A stretch of DNA of 64,000 nucleotides, taken from NCBI RefSeq assembly GCF_006345805.1, contig NC_042998.1, positions 183,520,001-183,584,000 of the forward strand. The letters are read 5' to 3'. Source of the DNA: Octopus sinensis. Lineage: Eukaryota. Position 1 is the first letter of the stretch. Each line of letters opens with the position of its first letter. Below are positions 13,350 through 24,824 of this stretch, in pieces. The notes beneath the pieces were generated by a model. That model was not told the DNA's origin. It did not search any database and saw nothing but the letters and a program-made list of their open reading frames with translations. The position numbers were made by a program, and so were the translations under genes.

Positions 13350-13661
13350 GAAAAACATTCGAGCGGGGTCATTGCCAGTGCCGCTGGACTGGCTCCTGTG
13401 CAGGTGGCACGTAAAAAACACCATTTGAGTGTGGCTGTTGCTAGTACCGCCTGACTGACCCTCGTGCCGGTGGCACGTAAAAGCACCCACTACACTCTCA
13501 GAGTGGTTGGCGTTAGGAAGGGCATTCAGCTGTAGAAACTCTGCCAGATAAAGATTGGAGCCTGGTGCAGCCATCTGGTTCGCCAGACCTCAGTCAAATC
13601 ATCCAACCCATGCTAGCATGGAAAACAGACGTTAAATGATGATGATGATGATGATGATGAT
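13350..13661 (+). mobile_element. SINE family A
   Basis: GTGGTTGGCGTTAGGAAGGGCAT...CCAACCCATGCTAGCATGG...(GAT)n tail. Confidence 0.85.
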
Positions 13662-15292
13662 AGTACATAGGTATGTCAAAGTAGTTAAAAAGTTTGCTTC
13701 ACAATCATAAAGTACTAGGTTAGATTCTACTGTATAACATTCAGTGCAAGTACCTTCTTCTCTAACTTTGGATCAGCACAATGCTTATGAGGGAACTTAT
13801 GGAAACAGAAACTGCATGTGGAATTCTGCTGGATGGACAGTATCGGTAATTCAAAAGGTCTGTCACATATTGGCACCACATTGACTGTGTCTGAGGATTA
13901 CTTTAAAGGATACACACGTTTGTTGAATATTCAGCCCATTACATGCTAACTCAGTGAATAGATAGCTCAGTTGATTAACAACTGTAATACTCATTGTTGA
14001 GAGCCACAGAGAATATATGTAGTTTATTTACAGCAGTCTTTAACCTTACTACTATGTACTACTGTATAAAATACTTATAGAATACTACTAAAATATCAAA
14101 GCCTTCATTTTCATTATACTATACTATACTATACACATTACTATAGCTCTAACTTACGCTGTACTATCCCCTCTGTTTTTTATTGTACTGGTTAGTTAAT
14201 TATATTGTACCTTCACGTTGCATCAAATATATGCTTGCATGAGTGAGTTCACATTTCTCCTTGCCTTTACTGACTGTAAACAAAACAACAACCTTGCTAT
14301 CAATACAAGCAATGTCCTATACTTGCAGTCAATCACAAAATCACATTTGGGCTTCTTGACATGTCATGTAAACCTTTGTAAACAAAAGAAGCTTGTAACT
14401 ATGTCAGAGCTGTTAACCGTTCAATGGACCAGGGGAGTATTACCTTGCTTAGTGGAATCAGGTGAAGGTTGGCAACAGAAAGGGCATCAACAAAGGCTAG
14501 CATAAAGTACCTGTCACCCCTAATTTTGTTTAATACACACATGCATGTACACTATATGAATTACTCTGAGGAGAAAGAGAAATGCCTAAGACCTTTTACT
14601 GGGGTTCTGAGACCAGTGGAAGAAAGTTATTCTCTGATCAGAGATCTGGTTGAAATGGCGGCAACAGAGAGCATTTCACAGAAGGGAGCCTAGGGCTAGG
14701 CAGCATAACAGAAGAGTTTCATATTGTGCTGTCAGATGGCAGAGAGACATTTTGAGGCAGGCCTTTTTCTGTTTTGATGCATACACAGCATATACTTCTT
14801 CCATTTTATTTCTAATCCAATTAAAAACAACATCAGTACCAGTGCTGTCTTAAAGCATGGGTACACTGGGCAGTTGCCCATGGGTCTCCTAAGTTTAGGG
14901 ACCAAATTCTAGTCTAAATATATAGATAGCTTGTTGTCGATAAATACTGTTTGGCCCATTGCACTGATTTACCCAAGGGTCATAATGCTGCTGAGACAGG
15001 CCTGGTCAGTACTTTCCAACTAATGACTATCCATATTACCACACAAATGGACATATTGCTTACAACAAATAACATAGTATTTCTCAATACTGACTACAGT
15101 ATGATTATAAATTGTGTTAATTCTGGAATTATAGCCATATCTAGATTGCTACTCAGAAAGGAGTAGCTTTTGGACAACACCCTTACTATTATCAAATGCA
15201 ACCTCAACATCTGACAAGTATATTGAAAACATCCACTAATTCACTCAACAGATGAAGACTCTTCAATAATTAGATCTCTGATCAACTTGTTC

Positions 15293-15521
15293 TTAACTCT
15301 TTTGTTACTGTATTTATTTTGAGATGCTCTGTGTTTCTTTCAATTGCTTTAAATATAACAAAGAATTTAGTAAAATTACCTGGTTATCATTAAGCTAGTG
15401 TTAGGAACATAAATTGTGACTAAAGTTTGGTGGAAGATTTTAATTCAAAACTTATGAAAACAAGACATTTGTACTACAGAGCCAGAGCCGGTTTCAGCCG
15501 GGTTGGTAACGAAAGGGTTAA
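15293..15521 (+). mobile_element. piggyBac-type MITE, family 1
   Basis: TTAA-CTCTTTTGTTAC ... GTAACGAAAGGG-TTAA. Confidence 0.88.
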
Positions 15522-16139
15522 CATGTCACTGATTTAGTTCTTTCCTTTTAATAGGCAATTTTGTGAAATACAGCACCTACTGTGAGATAATCACACATAA
15601 GCTTCTCCTTATAGAAACAGCATATTCTGTGAAAGATTCATAACAAGGTTATCCTACATATCAGTTATGTTATATCAATGTTAGTCCTACAGTTTCTACA
15701 TTTATATTTTACCACCAACACCTACTGTATTAGTTTACATATGCAATATTTGTATATACACAGTTATCTTTTTGTTTGTTGAACTACAACTTTACTTTAA
15801 ACACAGTACACTTGCCACAGATTCAAAATGTTATACCTGTAACACCCACAGGAAAGAAATAGATATAAGAAATAATTCATTATTATATTTATTCAATTAG
15901 CAAGCTAGCTATAGAAAATAATCTTTGTAAACCCAAACAAACAGCTTTTAAAATTTTAAGTCTTCTTTGGGAAACTTTGTGTTGCGCATGATAATTGTTT
16001 GAAGGCAATAAATTTCTTGTGTCAACTCAGCTTTAACATACAGCCAAATTAAGTAGGTTTGACACAGCAAATTTATGCCTCTTTACTGATGATGTTATAA
16101 TCACGTGTTCTAAATCTAATGAATGCTCTATTCACTCTG

Positions 16140-16192
<53 letters not shown>

Positions 16193-16250
16193 ATCCAAAC
16201 ATGAAAGCACAAAAAAACACAACTCGAGGACGTGGAACAAATATAGTAAT

Positions 16251-16313
<63 letters not shown>

Positions 16314-16375
16314 TAGATATATATATATATATACATACAAATACACACACATATATACAGATACACAAACATATA
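16140..16375. repeat. Two (TA)n tracts flanking a short repeat fragment
   Basis: Direct inspection; source of the IYIY ORFs. Confidence 0.9.
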
Positions 16376-16893
16376 TATGAACGCAACTGTGTAAGGCCAG
16401 AACAATGTGAGAAGGTACTCAGTAAAGTACAAATTGAAAAGAAAACAGAACAAAGCTGCAGTTTTACCTGATATTTCTATATTTTGGGGGTGAAGATCAT
16501 TCTTCAGGACGTTTGGAAGTGGTGGTTAGAAAAAGTTTGTTGCTCAGAAGTGTTTACGTGTATGTGTATGTGTGTGGGGAGGGAAGGGACAGGAGAGGAA
16601 GGAGGAAGGTGACATGCGCGGACAGCTGTTGCTATAGTAATCAGTCTACTTCATGTAGTTCCTTCCTGTTGTTAATGGCTGGTTTCAATTTGTTTATGAG
16701 GAGGGCTTCCATAATTCTGAAATTGCCCCTGTTGCATTGGGTTGCCTTGATGGAAACTTTGAAGTTCCAGGTTTGGCAATTCTTGAGGTGTTTACTTTAT
16801 CAAAGTGTCTGTCCTTATGTGCTCCTTAATACAGATGTGTAGTTTCCTAGTGATGCTCCCTGTGTAAGATGCTTCACATTTATAGCAGACCAC

Positions 16894-17460
16894 CGCATTG
16901 ACGATGTCCTGATGCTTGCCCCCTCCCAGGAAGAAGTGAACACCTTACATGAAAAATTCAACTACCTCAACAGTCACAAAATTTGAGATTGAATACCCAG
17001 ATGAGTCTGAAACCCTCTCTTTGCTGGATTTCCAAATCAGGATCACCGAGGAGGGTTACATCTACACAAATTTTTACAAAAAAGCAGTGAGTAGCAATCT
17101 CTTTGTGCATTATGATTCAGCCCTGCCCACCAGAGCCAAAGCTGAATGCATACAAAATGAAAGAACATGCATAAAAGACAGACGCAGCAAAGTAACTGAC
17201 AAAACCCAAGTGGTTCCTTAAGAACTTAATGCACAATGGCTATCCAACATTCACAGCTAAACAACTGCATCTGCAAAGCATGAAAATGGGTAAACAACAC
17301 AAGAAAACCTATGACATCAGGTCAGAAAAGTGCTTCCTTAGACTGTCCTACTTTGACGACAGAACAATGGCAGCTATCGAACATGCCATCTGCAGGGAGG
17401 GACTTCAATACAGCTGTTACACACTGGTCCATTCCTGAAGAAAGTTCTTATTTCTTTACT
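16894..17460 (+). pseudogene. PLE reverse transcriptase C-terminal fragment, frameshifted
   Basis: RIDDVLMLAPSQEEVNTLHEKFN, a frameshift, then KFEIEYPDESETLSLLDFQIRITEEGYIYTNFYKKAVSSNLFVHYDSALPTRAKAECIQNER. Confidence 0.88.
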
Positions 17461-17461
17461 G

Positions 17462-17872
17462 CCCACACGGGGCTAAACACAAAGGGGACAAACAAGGACA
17501 GACAAATGGATTAAGTCGATTATATCGACCCCAGTGCGTAACTGGTACTTATTTAATTGACCCCAAAAGGATGAAAGGCAAAGTCGACCTCAGTGGAATT
17601 TGAACTCAGAACGTAGCGGCAGACGAAATACCTATTTCTTTACTACCCACAAGGGGTTGGGCTAAACACAGAGAAGACAAACAAGGACAGACAAAAGGAT
17701 GAAGTCGATTATATCGACCCCAGTGCATAACTGGTACTTATTTAATCGACCCCGAAAGGATGAAAGGCAAAGTCGACCTCAGCGGAATCTGAACTCAGAA
17801 CGTAGCAGTAGACGAAATACTGCTAAGCATTTCGCCTGGCGTACTAACGTTTCTGCCAGCTCACCACCTTTA
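17462..17872 (-). mobile_element. SINE family B, two tandem partial copies inserted in the PLE
   Basis: Core GTCGACTTTGCCTTTCATCCTTTCGGGGTC; homologous to 38183-38412 and 63277-63470. Confidence 0.88.
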
Positions 17873-17879
17873 GTTGAAG

Positions 17880-18277
17880 AAAGTTCTGTCAAGGAAAACA
17901 CCACAGAGAACACTGTGGGGTGCTCACTCACCAACTGCTCCATCAAAACATGCTCAAGGACCTATGTAGTTTACAAGGTAGTCAGCAATAAATGTGGAAC
18001 ATCCTGCATAGGGAGCACTACTAGGAAACTACACATCTGTATAAAGGAGCACATGCAGACAGACATTTTGACAAAGAAATACTTCAAGAAGTGCCAAAGC
18101 CAGAACTTCAAAGTTCCCATCAAGGTAATCCAACACAATAGGGGCAATCTCAGAATTATGGAAGCCCTTCTTATAAACAAATTGAAACCAACCACTAACA
18201 GGAAGAAAGAACATGAAGCAGACTGGTTGCTACAGCACCAGTTGTCTGCATATGCCACCTTCCTCCTCCCACTCTGA
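17880..18277 (+). pseudogene. PLE GIY-YIG endonuclease, decayed
   Basis: C-x4-C..YVVYKVVSNKCGTSCIGSTTRKLHICIKEH...IMEALLINKLKPTTN; the YIG Tyr and the catalytic Arg position both read Cys. Confidence 0.88.
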
Positions 18278-18494
18278 GCAACAAACTTTTTCTAACCACC
18301 ACTTTTCCGAATGTCCTGAAAAAGAGGTCTTCACCCCGAAATATAGAAACACAAGGTAAAACTACAACATTGTTCCATTTTCTTTTCAATTTATAGTTTA
18401 TGTTGTACCTTCTCACGTTGTTCTGGTTTTACAACACACACACACACACAACAGATCCATAAGATTTGGAACTAAGTATCAGATAGGGACATTA

Positions 18495-18880
18495 CTCTTT
18501 ACTCTTTTACTTGTTTCAGTCATTTGACTGTGGCCATGCTGGAGCACCGCCTTTAGTCGAGCAAATCGACCCCAGGACTTATTCTTTGTAAGCCTAGTAC
18601 TTATTCTATTGGTCTCTTTTGCTGAACCGCTAAGTTACGGGGACGTAAACACAGCAGCATCAGTTGTCAAGCGATGTAGGGGTACAAACACAAACACACA
18701 TGTATATACATATATACTACAGGCTTCTTTCAGTTTCTGTCTACCAAATCCACTCACAAGGCTTTGGTCGGCCCGAGGCTATAATAAAAGACACTTGCCC
18801 AAGGTGCCACACAGTGGGACTGAACCCGGAACCATGTGATTGGTAAGCAAGCTACTTACCACACAGTCACTCCTGTGCAG
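18495..18880 (-). mobile_element. CORE-type SINE (family C), full length
   Basis: Minus strand: tRNA-like head, GGCACCTTGGGCAAGTGTC CORE-like block, internal (TA/TG)n, tail CCAGCATGGCCACAGTCAAATGACTGAAACAAG(TAAAAGAG)n. Confidence 0.85.
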
Positions 18881-19934
18881 AGCTTCAAAAGAGGAAATAA
18901 ATTCCGGACAAGCTGTCATAACTCTTAGTTTTAATTCTCAGGTGTTTTACCCCTCTAAATCTAAGCCATGTACCATGTTGAAAACATTATAAGTGTCAGT
19001 TTTACTTACATGTTCCCAGAATACTAAAAAGAATTTGGATGAAACATAAAGTAGGTTAATTTATGAAGAATTTAACACCACTAGTGGCAGAGGTTACTGT
19101 TTCAAGTAAGAAATATGAAGACAAGACTTGTCAAACGTAAGGATTTGAAGTGCTGACCTAGTTTAGACTTGTAATATTGTTATTTGTTTATTTAGAAGAC
19201 AAGAAACATTCCCAGAAAGTGCAAATGTTATTAGAAGTTTTCAGTATGAAACATTATGACGTATAGGTCCATTCTTAGAGAGTGACTTTGCAGTTTTATT
19301 TCAATTCTTGATTGGAGCTTGTCATTTCACTTATGGTACCAGATACATTTTTATTAGTTACAAATAGATTTCTTTGTTTTGAAGCAAGAAGTTTTTTAGT
19401 TTTTATTTCTATTAATTTGAAAATTATGATCAAAATCTTAAGTACTGAGAAAGTATTATTTTTGTAATCTTACTGTTTAATGAGAGGTTGTGAATCAACA
19501 GTTATTAGAGTCATTAAAGTGCCAGACAAAATGTACTGTGTTGTTTATTTTAGTTTTCGAAGCTCAGAACACAAAGCACTCCAGTATTTTAGAACAGGTA
19601 CCACCCCAGTATTTTAGCTGAGACTTATTTTACTCTGAGTTCAAATCCTGCTGCAGTCAATTTTGTCTTTCATTCTTTTGGGATCAATAAAGTACAAGTT
19701 CAGAGCAATGATTTGGAGAATTCATAGAGTAGACAGGACGGCATGTGGTACTTGTTCTTGTGCTTTGTGCTCTGAGTTCAAATTCCCTTAAGTGATGGTC
19801 ATAGCATTTCTCTTTAAGCACCGAAAAAAGGCATAAAGACAGACTTTGACAGAATGTAGTACAGTTATCTCTCTATAATCAGACAGGCCACCTTCCCATT
19901 GTCATATTACAGCAGTGCCATAAGTACAAGGACT

Positions 19935-20130
19935 TTAACCCTTTAGCATTTGAACCGGCCATATCCCGCCAAATAATTCTACATATTTTATGTTCAATCT
20001 GGCCTCTCCCATCAACCCTACAATGTCATTCTAAAATTAAACCATCACATCATGAAGATCTCGAAGCAACAAGATAATGTTTGATTAATTCAAAACAATG
20101 TGAATAAATAAGCATTACTTTTGACAGAAT
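19935..20130 (+). mobile_element. piggyBac-type MITE, family 2, right end interrupted by a SINE
   Basis: TTAA-CCCTTTAGCATTTGAACCGGCC start; homology to 8408-8635. Confidence 0.8.
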
Positions 20131-20139
20131 AATAATAAT

Positions 20140-20475
20140 CATCATCATCGTTTAACGTCCGCTTTCCATGCTAGCATGGGTTGGACGGTTCAACTGGGGT
20201 CTGGGAAGCCCAAAGGCTGCACCAGGCCAGTCAGATCTGGCAGTGTTTCTACAGCTGGATGCCCTTCCTAACGCCAACCACTCCGTGAGTGTGGTGGGTG
20301 CTTTTTACGTGCCACCGACACAGGTGCTAGGCGAGGCTGGCAAGCGGCCACGATCGGATGGTACTTTTTATGTGACACCGGCACTGAGGCCAGGTGAGGC
20401 TGGCAACGGCCACGATCGGATGGTGTTTGTTACGTGCCACCGGCACTGGTATCGCAACTACAAATTCCATTGATT
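20140..20475 (-). mobile_element. SINE family A with internal subrepeats
   Basis: Family A core plus three GTGCCACCGGCAC-type units. Confidence 0.85.
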
Positions 20476-20554
20476 TCTAAATACTAAAAGATGAAAGACA
20501 AAACACTGTGAGGATTGAATTCACAACTCTTTCTCCACACTAATCAAACTCACA

Positions 20555-20680
20555 AGCAATGGTGTCAAGGTTTTACAAATCTTGGCAACATCTTTAACAA
20601 TGAGGAAACGTCACTGCCACCAACTATTTAATGACCAAACACATTCAGATATTAAACTGAGCAAAACAAGCCCTGGGTGG
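20555..20680 (+). mobile_element. Non-LTR RT relic (F.YLGS-like motif)
   Basis: Translation VQGFTNLGNIFNNEET resembles V..F.YLGS.I...G; heavily decayed. Confidence 0.4.
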
Positions 20681-21728
20681 CCTTGCTTTACTGGCCAGTC
20701 TCACTCAGTATCTTATCTCTGTCCATTTAAAATGTTATCTCTGAATCTCTGAACTTACTCTGAACTACTCAATATCTAATCCCTGACCTTGATCAAGTGC
20801 TCTTATAAGTAGTTTCTTTTATTAACAAATTTTACTGTTAGTTTAACAATATCTCACTATACAATTGTCAATCTTCTACAATATGGTCAATATAATTTAT
20901 AATGGGATTAAATATATTTTTCTATCAACTTTCACATAAAGAAAATCTTTGTACTGCTAGAACCATAAAAATTTTCCAAGATTACTTTAAGATTCAATAA
21001 AGATGATGCAATATTATTCTAAGTAATATATATTTATTGTATATATATTGTAATATATATTTCCTCAAAATCTACTGAGCTGAGTTACAAACCTTCGTTA
21101 TTTAACTCATTAACTTTGCTCCAATGTTTGTTTTGCCATGCTGATAGGGAATAGTTAAGGTAGCAAAACAAACTTTTTTCTTTTATGTCTGTTTAACACC
21201 TGATCTCTTTATTTTCCTCTAAATATTCCTTAGTCAACCTTCACCTCAACTACAATGCACTGTCAGCTCACTGTAATATTTTATTTTTGACCATGGCACA
21301 TTCAATATTGACTAAATAAAGCAAAAAAATCAATGTTAAAGCACAAATTTAATTCAAACTATATAAAAGTAATCAATTAAAAAGTATCATTTGCCCTATC
21401 TAAAGAAATAAAATAGCAGGATCCTGAAAAAACTTGTCATAATCAACATGCATACAACTCTTTCCTAATACACAATAAAGGTGCGTGGCCTAATGGTTAA
21501 GGTGTTTGGCTCATGATCATAAGTTCTATATTTTAAGAGATGTGGGATGAAATTAAAATAATAGACAGAGAAAATCCGAAAACTAAAAGAAGCAGCACAT
21601 ATGTTAGGACACAACAACCTCCTAAGTAGACCGAGTGCAGATATGAATAGTATATGGGAACCGGTATTAAGGAAGGATAGGAGAATATTAGATTTATAAG
21701 TCCTAACATTCACTCCATAATTGCCTAA

Positions 21729-21971
21729 GGGCATATGGTGTAGTGGTTAAGAGCATGGGCTACTAACCCCAAGATTCCAAGTTTGATTCCAGGTAGTGAC
21801 CTGAATAATAATAATAATAATAATGATGATGATGATATCAAAAAATACCTTAGGAATGAGAACCCAGGTTTGAAATTTCCCCCAAGACACCTGATGACAC
21901 CCCAAGACACGTGTGAGGAGAAATATCCGTCAAATGTAAATAATGATTCTTCATCTCTTAAATATAGAACT
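21729..21971 (+). mobile_element. tRNA-headed SINE-like element with a damaged hammerhead motif
   Basis: A-box TGGTGTAGTGG, B-box-like GTTTGATTCC (21781-21790), (AAT)n(GAT)n linker, body homologous to 23218-23366; GACAC-CTGATGA is present but stem II is deleted. Confidence 0.75.
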
Positions 21972-22420
21972 TCTGGTGCAGCCTTCTTTCCTTTCAGCTG
22001 TCAGATTTTGGATGCTCTGCTGGATCAAGGTTGATCCAGAGGATGCCTAACTGTGATTACATAGATGCCTAAACCAAATAGCAAAATTCCACAATACATA
22101 TTACCAAGCCATACATGCTCACAAGTAACAGCTGGTGTACTGTAATCAAAATACACAAATCTTACTGTGGCACACTTCTGGGCAATATGTGCCATTTAGT
22201 GCATCACTGCTTCATACGACATTACCAATTGAAGACTAACCACTGTGATACTCGTTCATATTTAGTTTAGCATTTGAGTTCACATAGCATTTTCTTCAAA
22301 TTGTTACTAGTTTAGCTTTTGCTCTAGCCAGCCTTTTTATCATGAGGAAAAAAAACAAACATTTCTGGAGACAATAAAATTTCACAACATATTTGAAAAA
22401 TTAAGCAATTTTATACTTAC

Positions 22421-22909
22421 TCTTGTCAATATGCCACTAACAGGAGCTAGTTTTGGCGGTCCAGAATCTTTGCTATCTCTGCAGTCAACTCGTATTGGAT
22501 GACTATAGTTTAAATTTTCAGAGCTGTTTCTCACATTTGAGACTTTTAAAGCAGAGAAAGGGGACCGGGTTTCTTGTTTGTAGCATTCTTCAAGACTGTG
22601 ATAATGGGAGGAGACCATTTGGTAATTACTACTCCGGGAATGGCACCCAGAAGATCGTGCACAATAACTGGATGTAGTCATTAGTTGGCCATTGATAGAA
22701 CTAGACAAGCGGCCGTTTTTGTTGCCAGCTCTTATGTAAGAATAGTCCTGGTGAGGAAGACTGCATGTTGGATCAAAAATATATTTTACCTCTTGGGAAT
22801 ATGTGGAATAATTGGATGGTGGTTTGTAAATATCACTGGCACTGTCACTGGTAGGATCACCCTCAATGCTCTGCTTATCCACACATTGCAGATTATTGCA
22901 AGTGGCCAT
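22421..22909 (-). CDS. LZTS: First coding exon (163 codons) of a probable LZTS/Fez1-family protein (leucine zipper putative tumour suppressor / ProSAPiP1 / N4BP3-like)
   Basis: Strong acceptor (TTCTTGTTTCAG, exon starts 22929), in-frame upstream TAA, ATG at 22909, non-repetitive Ser-rich ORF, phase-0 donor AGA|GTAAGT at 22421. The exon ends PPKLAPVSGILTR, matching the LZTS motif PPKL(V/M)PVSG(K/Q)LEK. Family call rests on this one short motif. Confidence 0.7.
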
Positions 22910-23217
22910 CACTAAACTTTAATCCATATCTGAAACAAGAATTAAATAAAGAAAATTAAAATAACAATACACACATACACATAACACGCACACAGGCAGT
23001 TATATATATACATATACTCTCTGGGTAGGCAAGGTAGGGAGACTTTTGATTCTTAAATATAAAAGTATATGATTTCCAATTCTTTATAATATTAATTGAA
23101 TGAAATTCAAATTATAATCCATTAAACGGTTAATATTTTGATGTTCGACAAAAGAATTTCACTACCTTTCAGTATCATACTATTCAATTACACAGTGACG
23201 TGTGGGTGTGTGTGAGA

Positions 23218-23366
23218 TGACGATGATGATGATGATATCAAAAAATACCTTAGGAATGAGAACCCAGGTTTGAAATTTCCCCAAGACACCTGATGAAGGC
23301 TGGAAGGTATATCGGCCGAAACGTTGTGTTAACAACAAACAAGATGAGGAGAAATATCTGTCAATG
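23218..23366 (+). mobile_element. 5'-truncated copy of the hammerhead-bearing SINE-like element
   Basis: Matches 21822-21935 from (GAT)n-ATCAAAAAATACC to GACACCTGATGA and again at GAGGAGAAATATC. Confidence 0.8.
23285..23330 (+). ncRNA. Minimal type I hammerhead ribozyme, intact core
   Basis: GACAC-CUGAUGA-A-GGCUG(10 nt)CGGCC-GAAA-CG-UU/GUGUU: 5-bp stem I, 5-bp stem II, palindromic AACGUU stem III, predicted cleavage after 23325. Confidence 0.8.
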
Positions 23367-23706
23367 AGCACAAATTTTTTGAGGTAGTGTGTTTCATGAG
23401 TAAATAAAATAGTGATACAAAACTCTGGGAAGTAGAAGTAATCTCTAGGAATAATCTCAGTACTACAATAAATAACTAAACAGTTTCTATACATGGAATG
23501 CTTTTTCCATTTGTTTGTAAACTCAACATACATATACGTTTGTTCCTTATTTGGAGTGTTTGACAGGATAAAGTTCCAATGACAGAATAAGGTCCCAGTG
23601 CAACAGGTGAAGCTTGATTTTAACTCAGAGATCAGCAGGTCTCGTCTGGTTAAGCAGCTACTTCTCCACATTGTAAGGTCATGACCCCAGTACTACATAC
23701 ATGTAG

Positions 23707-23905
23707 AGAGAGTTTATGAAAAAAACAAAAGACGAAGACAGGTGGTGTACAAAACAAACAGATGTATTAGTATAACGCTCAGGAATAGAAAAAGTCTTTT
23801 ACGTTTTGAGCCTATGCTCTTCTACAGAAAGGGACACAGAAAAAAAAAGGAGAGAAAAAAAATGTGTGTAGTGGCTAACGATCTATCATAGCGACTGGCA
23901 TTCTA
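23707..23905 (-). mobile_element. Small PLE-type non-autonomous insertion flanked by a 15-bp direct repeat
   Basis: ACTACATACATGTAG at 23692-23706 and 23906-23920; contains a hammerhead-like motif. Confidence 0.65.
23796..23831 (-). ncRNA. Degenerate minimal hammerhead motif (two core substitutions)
   Basis: CUUU-CUGUAGA-A-GAGC(AUAG)GCUC-AAAA-CG-UA/AAAG: stems I and II pair; core has A6U and G12A. Confidence 0.6.
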
Positions 23906-24784
23906 ACTACATACATGTAGTTAGAATGCCACAAGAAAGTATTGCAAGAGAGATTTTTCAAGCCAAGTCAATCAGCAGGAGACCTAAGAGTAAGCCAAGA
24001 GTGAGATGGAGGGATAACATCCATAGTCTCAGATGGTCACAACTGGGAATCCAGTAGGAAAGTGTAATGATGGTTGCTTCTGATAGGATCCTACATGGAG
24101 GAGGTACCTCAGGACTCTAACACCTGACCCTCCCAGGAATAGAGTGCAGTGAAAATGGATGGATGGATGGATGGGTACTATGTAAGCTGTTCAGCAAGGT
24201 ATTTTGCTATATTTAATTCAGTTTACTGATTTAGAAAATACCATTCCCTACTTCATAACTGAATGATTGTCACTGGAAATGCTATTCTAAGTCAAAATTA
24301 TTTGCTTCATATGGCCACTTGATTTGTTAGAACTCATAGTCAATTTCCCTCAAAGTGCACCCTACCTTCTAGAAAAAAAAGGAAGGACGCATTATATAAT
24401 GTAGTTTTAGACATATCATGCCTGAATAAAAGACAAGACAATCACAGCTGGACTGTTTTTGATGAGAGTTGACTTGGGACTAAACAACTTCGCAAGGACT
24501 TGGTTATCTGTTCATGTTTAGACAGTATGGAAGCACATACGCATTAAATATACACATATGAATTATGTATGTTTGTAATTGTATAATTGTGCATGTATGA
24601 GATCACATCGATAAACATGTGCCTTTAATCATACTAGAAAATGTATGCTGTGGGCGAATACTTATCAATGTATCAAAAAAGAAGAAAAAAAATAAATAAA
24701 TGTGTATGTGGTACTGAATTAATATGTGCCTAAAGATATGTTTATGTTTGCTGAAAAATTAAGCTCAAGGAGACAACAACAACA

Positions 24785-24824
<40 letters not shown>

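Larger units (their letters stand above)
16459..18365 (+). mobile_element. Penelope-like element (PLE), 5'-truncated, with an inverted copy of its 3' end
   Basis: RT motif RIDDVLML at 16894, thumb/linker KFEIEYPD..LLDFQI..TNFYKK..FVHYDSALP, GIY-YIG domain at 17960-18215; 16459-16893 is the reverse complement of about 17975-18365. Confidence 0.92.

Noticed and set aside
16086-16120. CTGATGA as another hammerhead core
   Set aside because: No downstream stem II or GAAA.
21729-21800. Functional tRNA gene
   Set aside because: The B box is degenerate and no acceptor stem can be formed; it is a SINE head.
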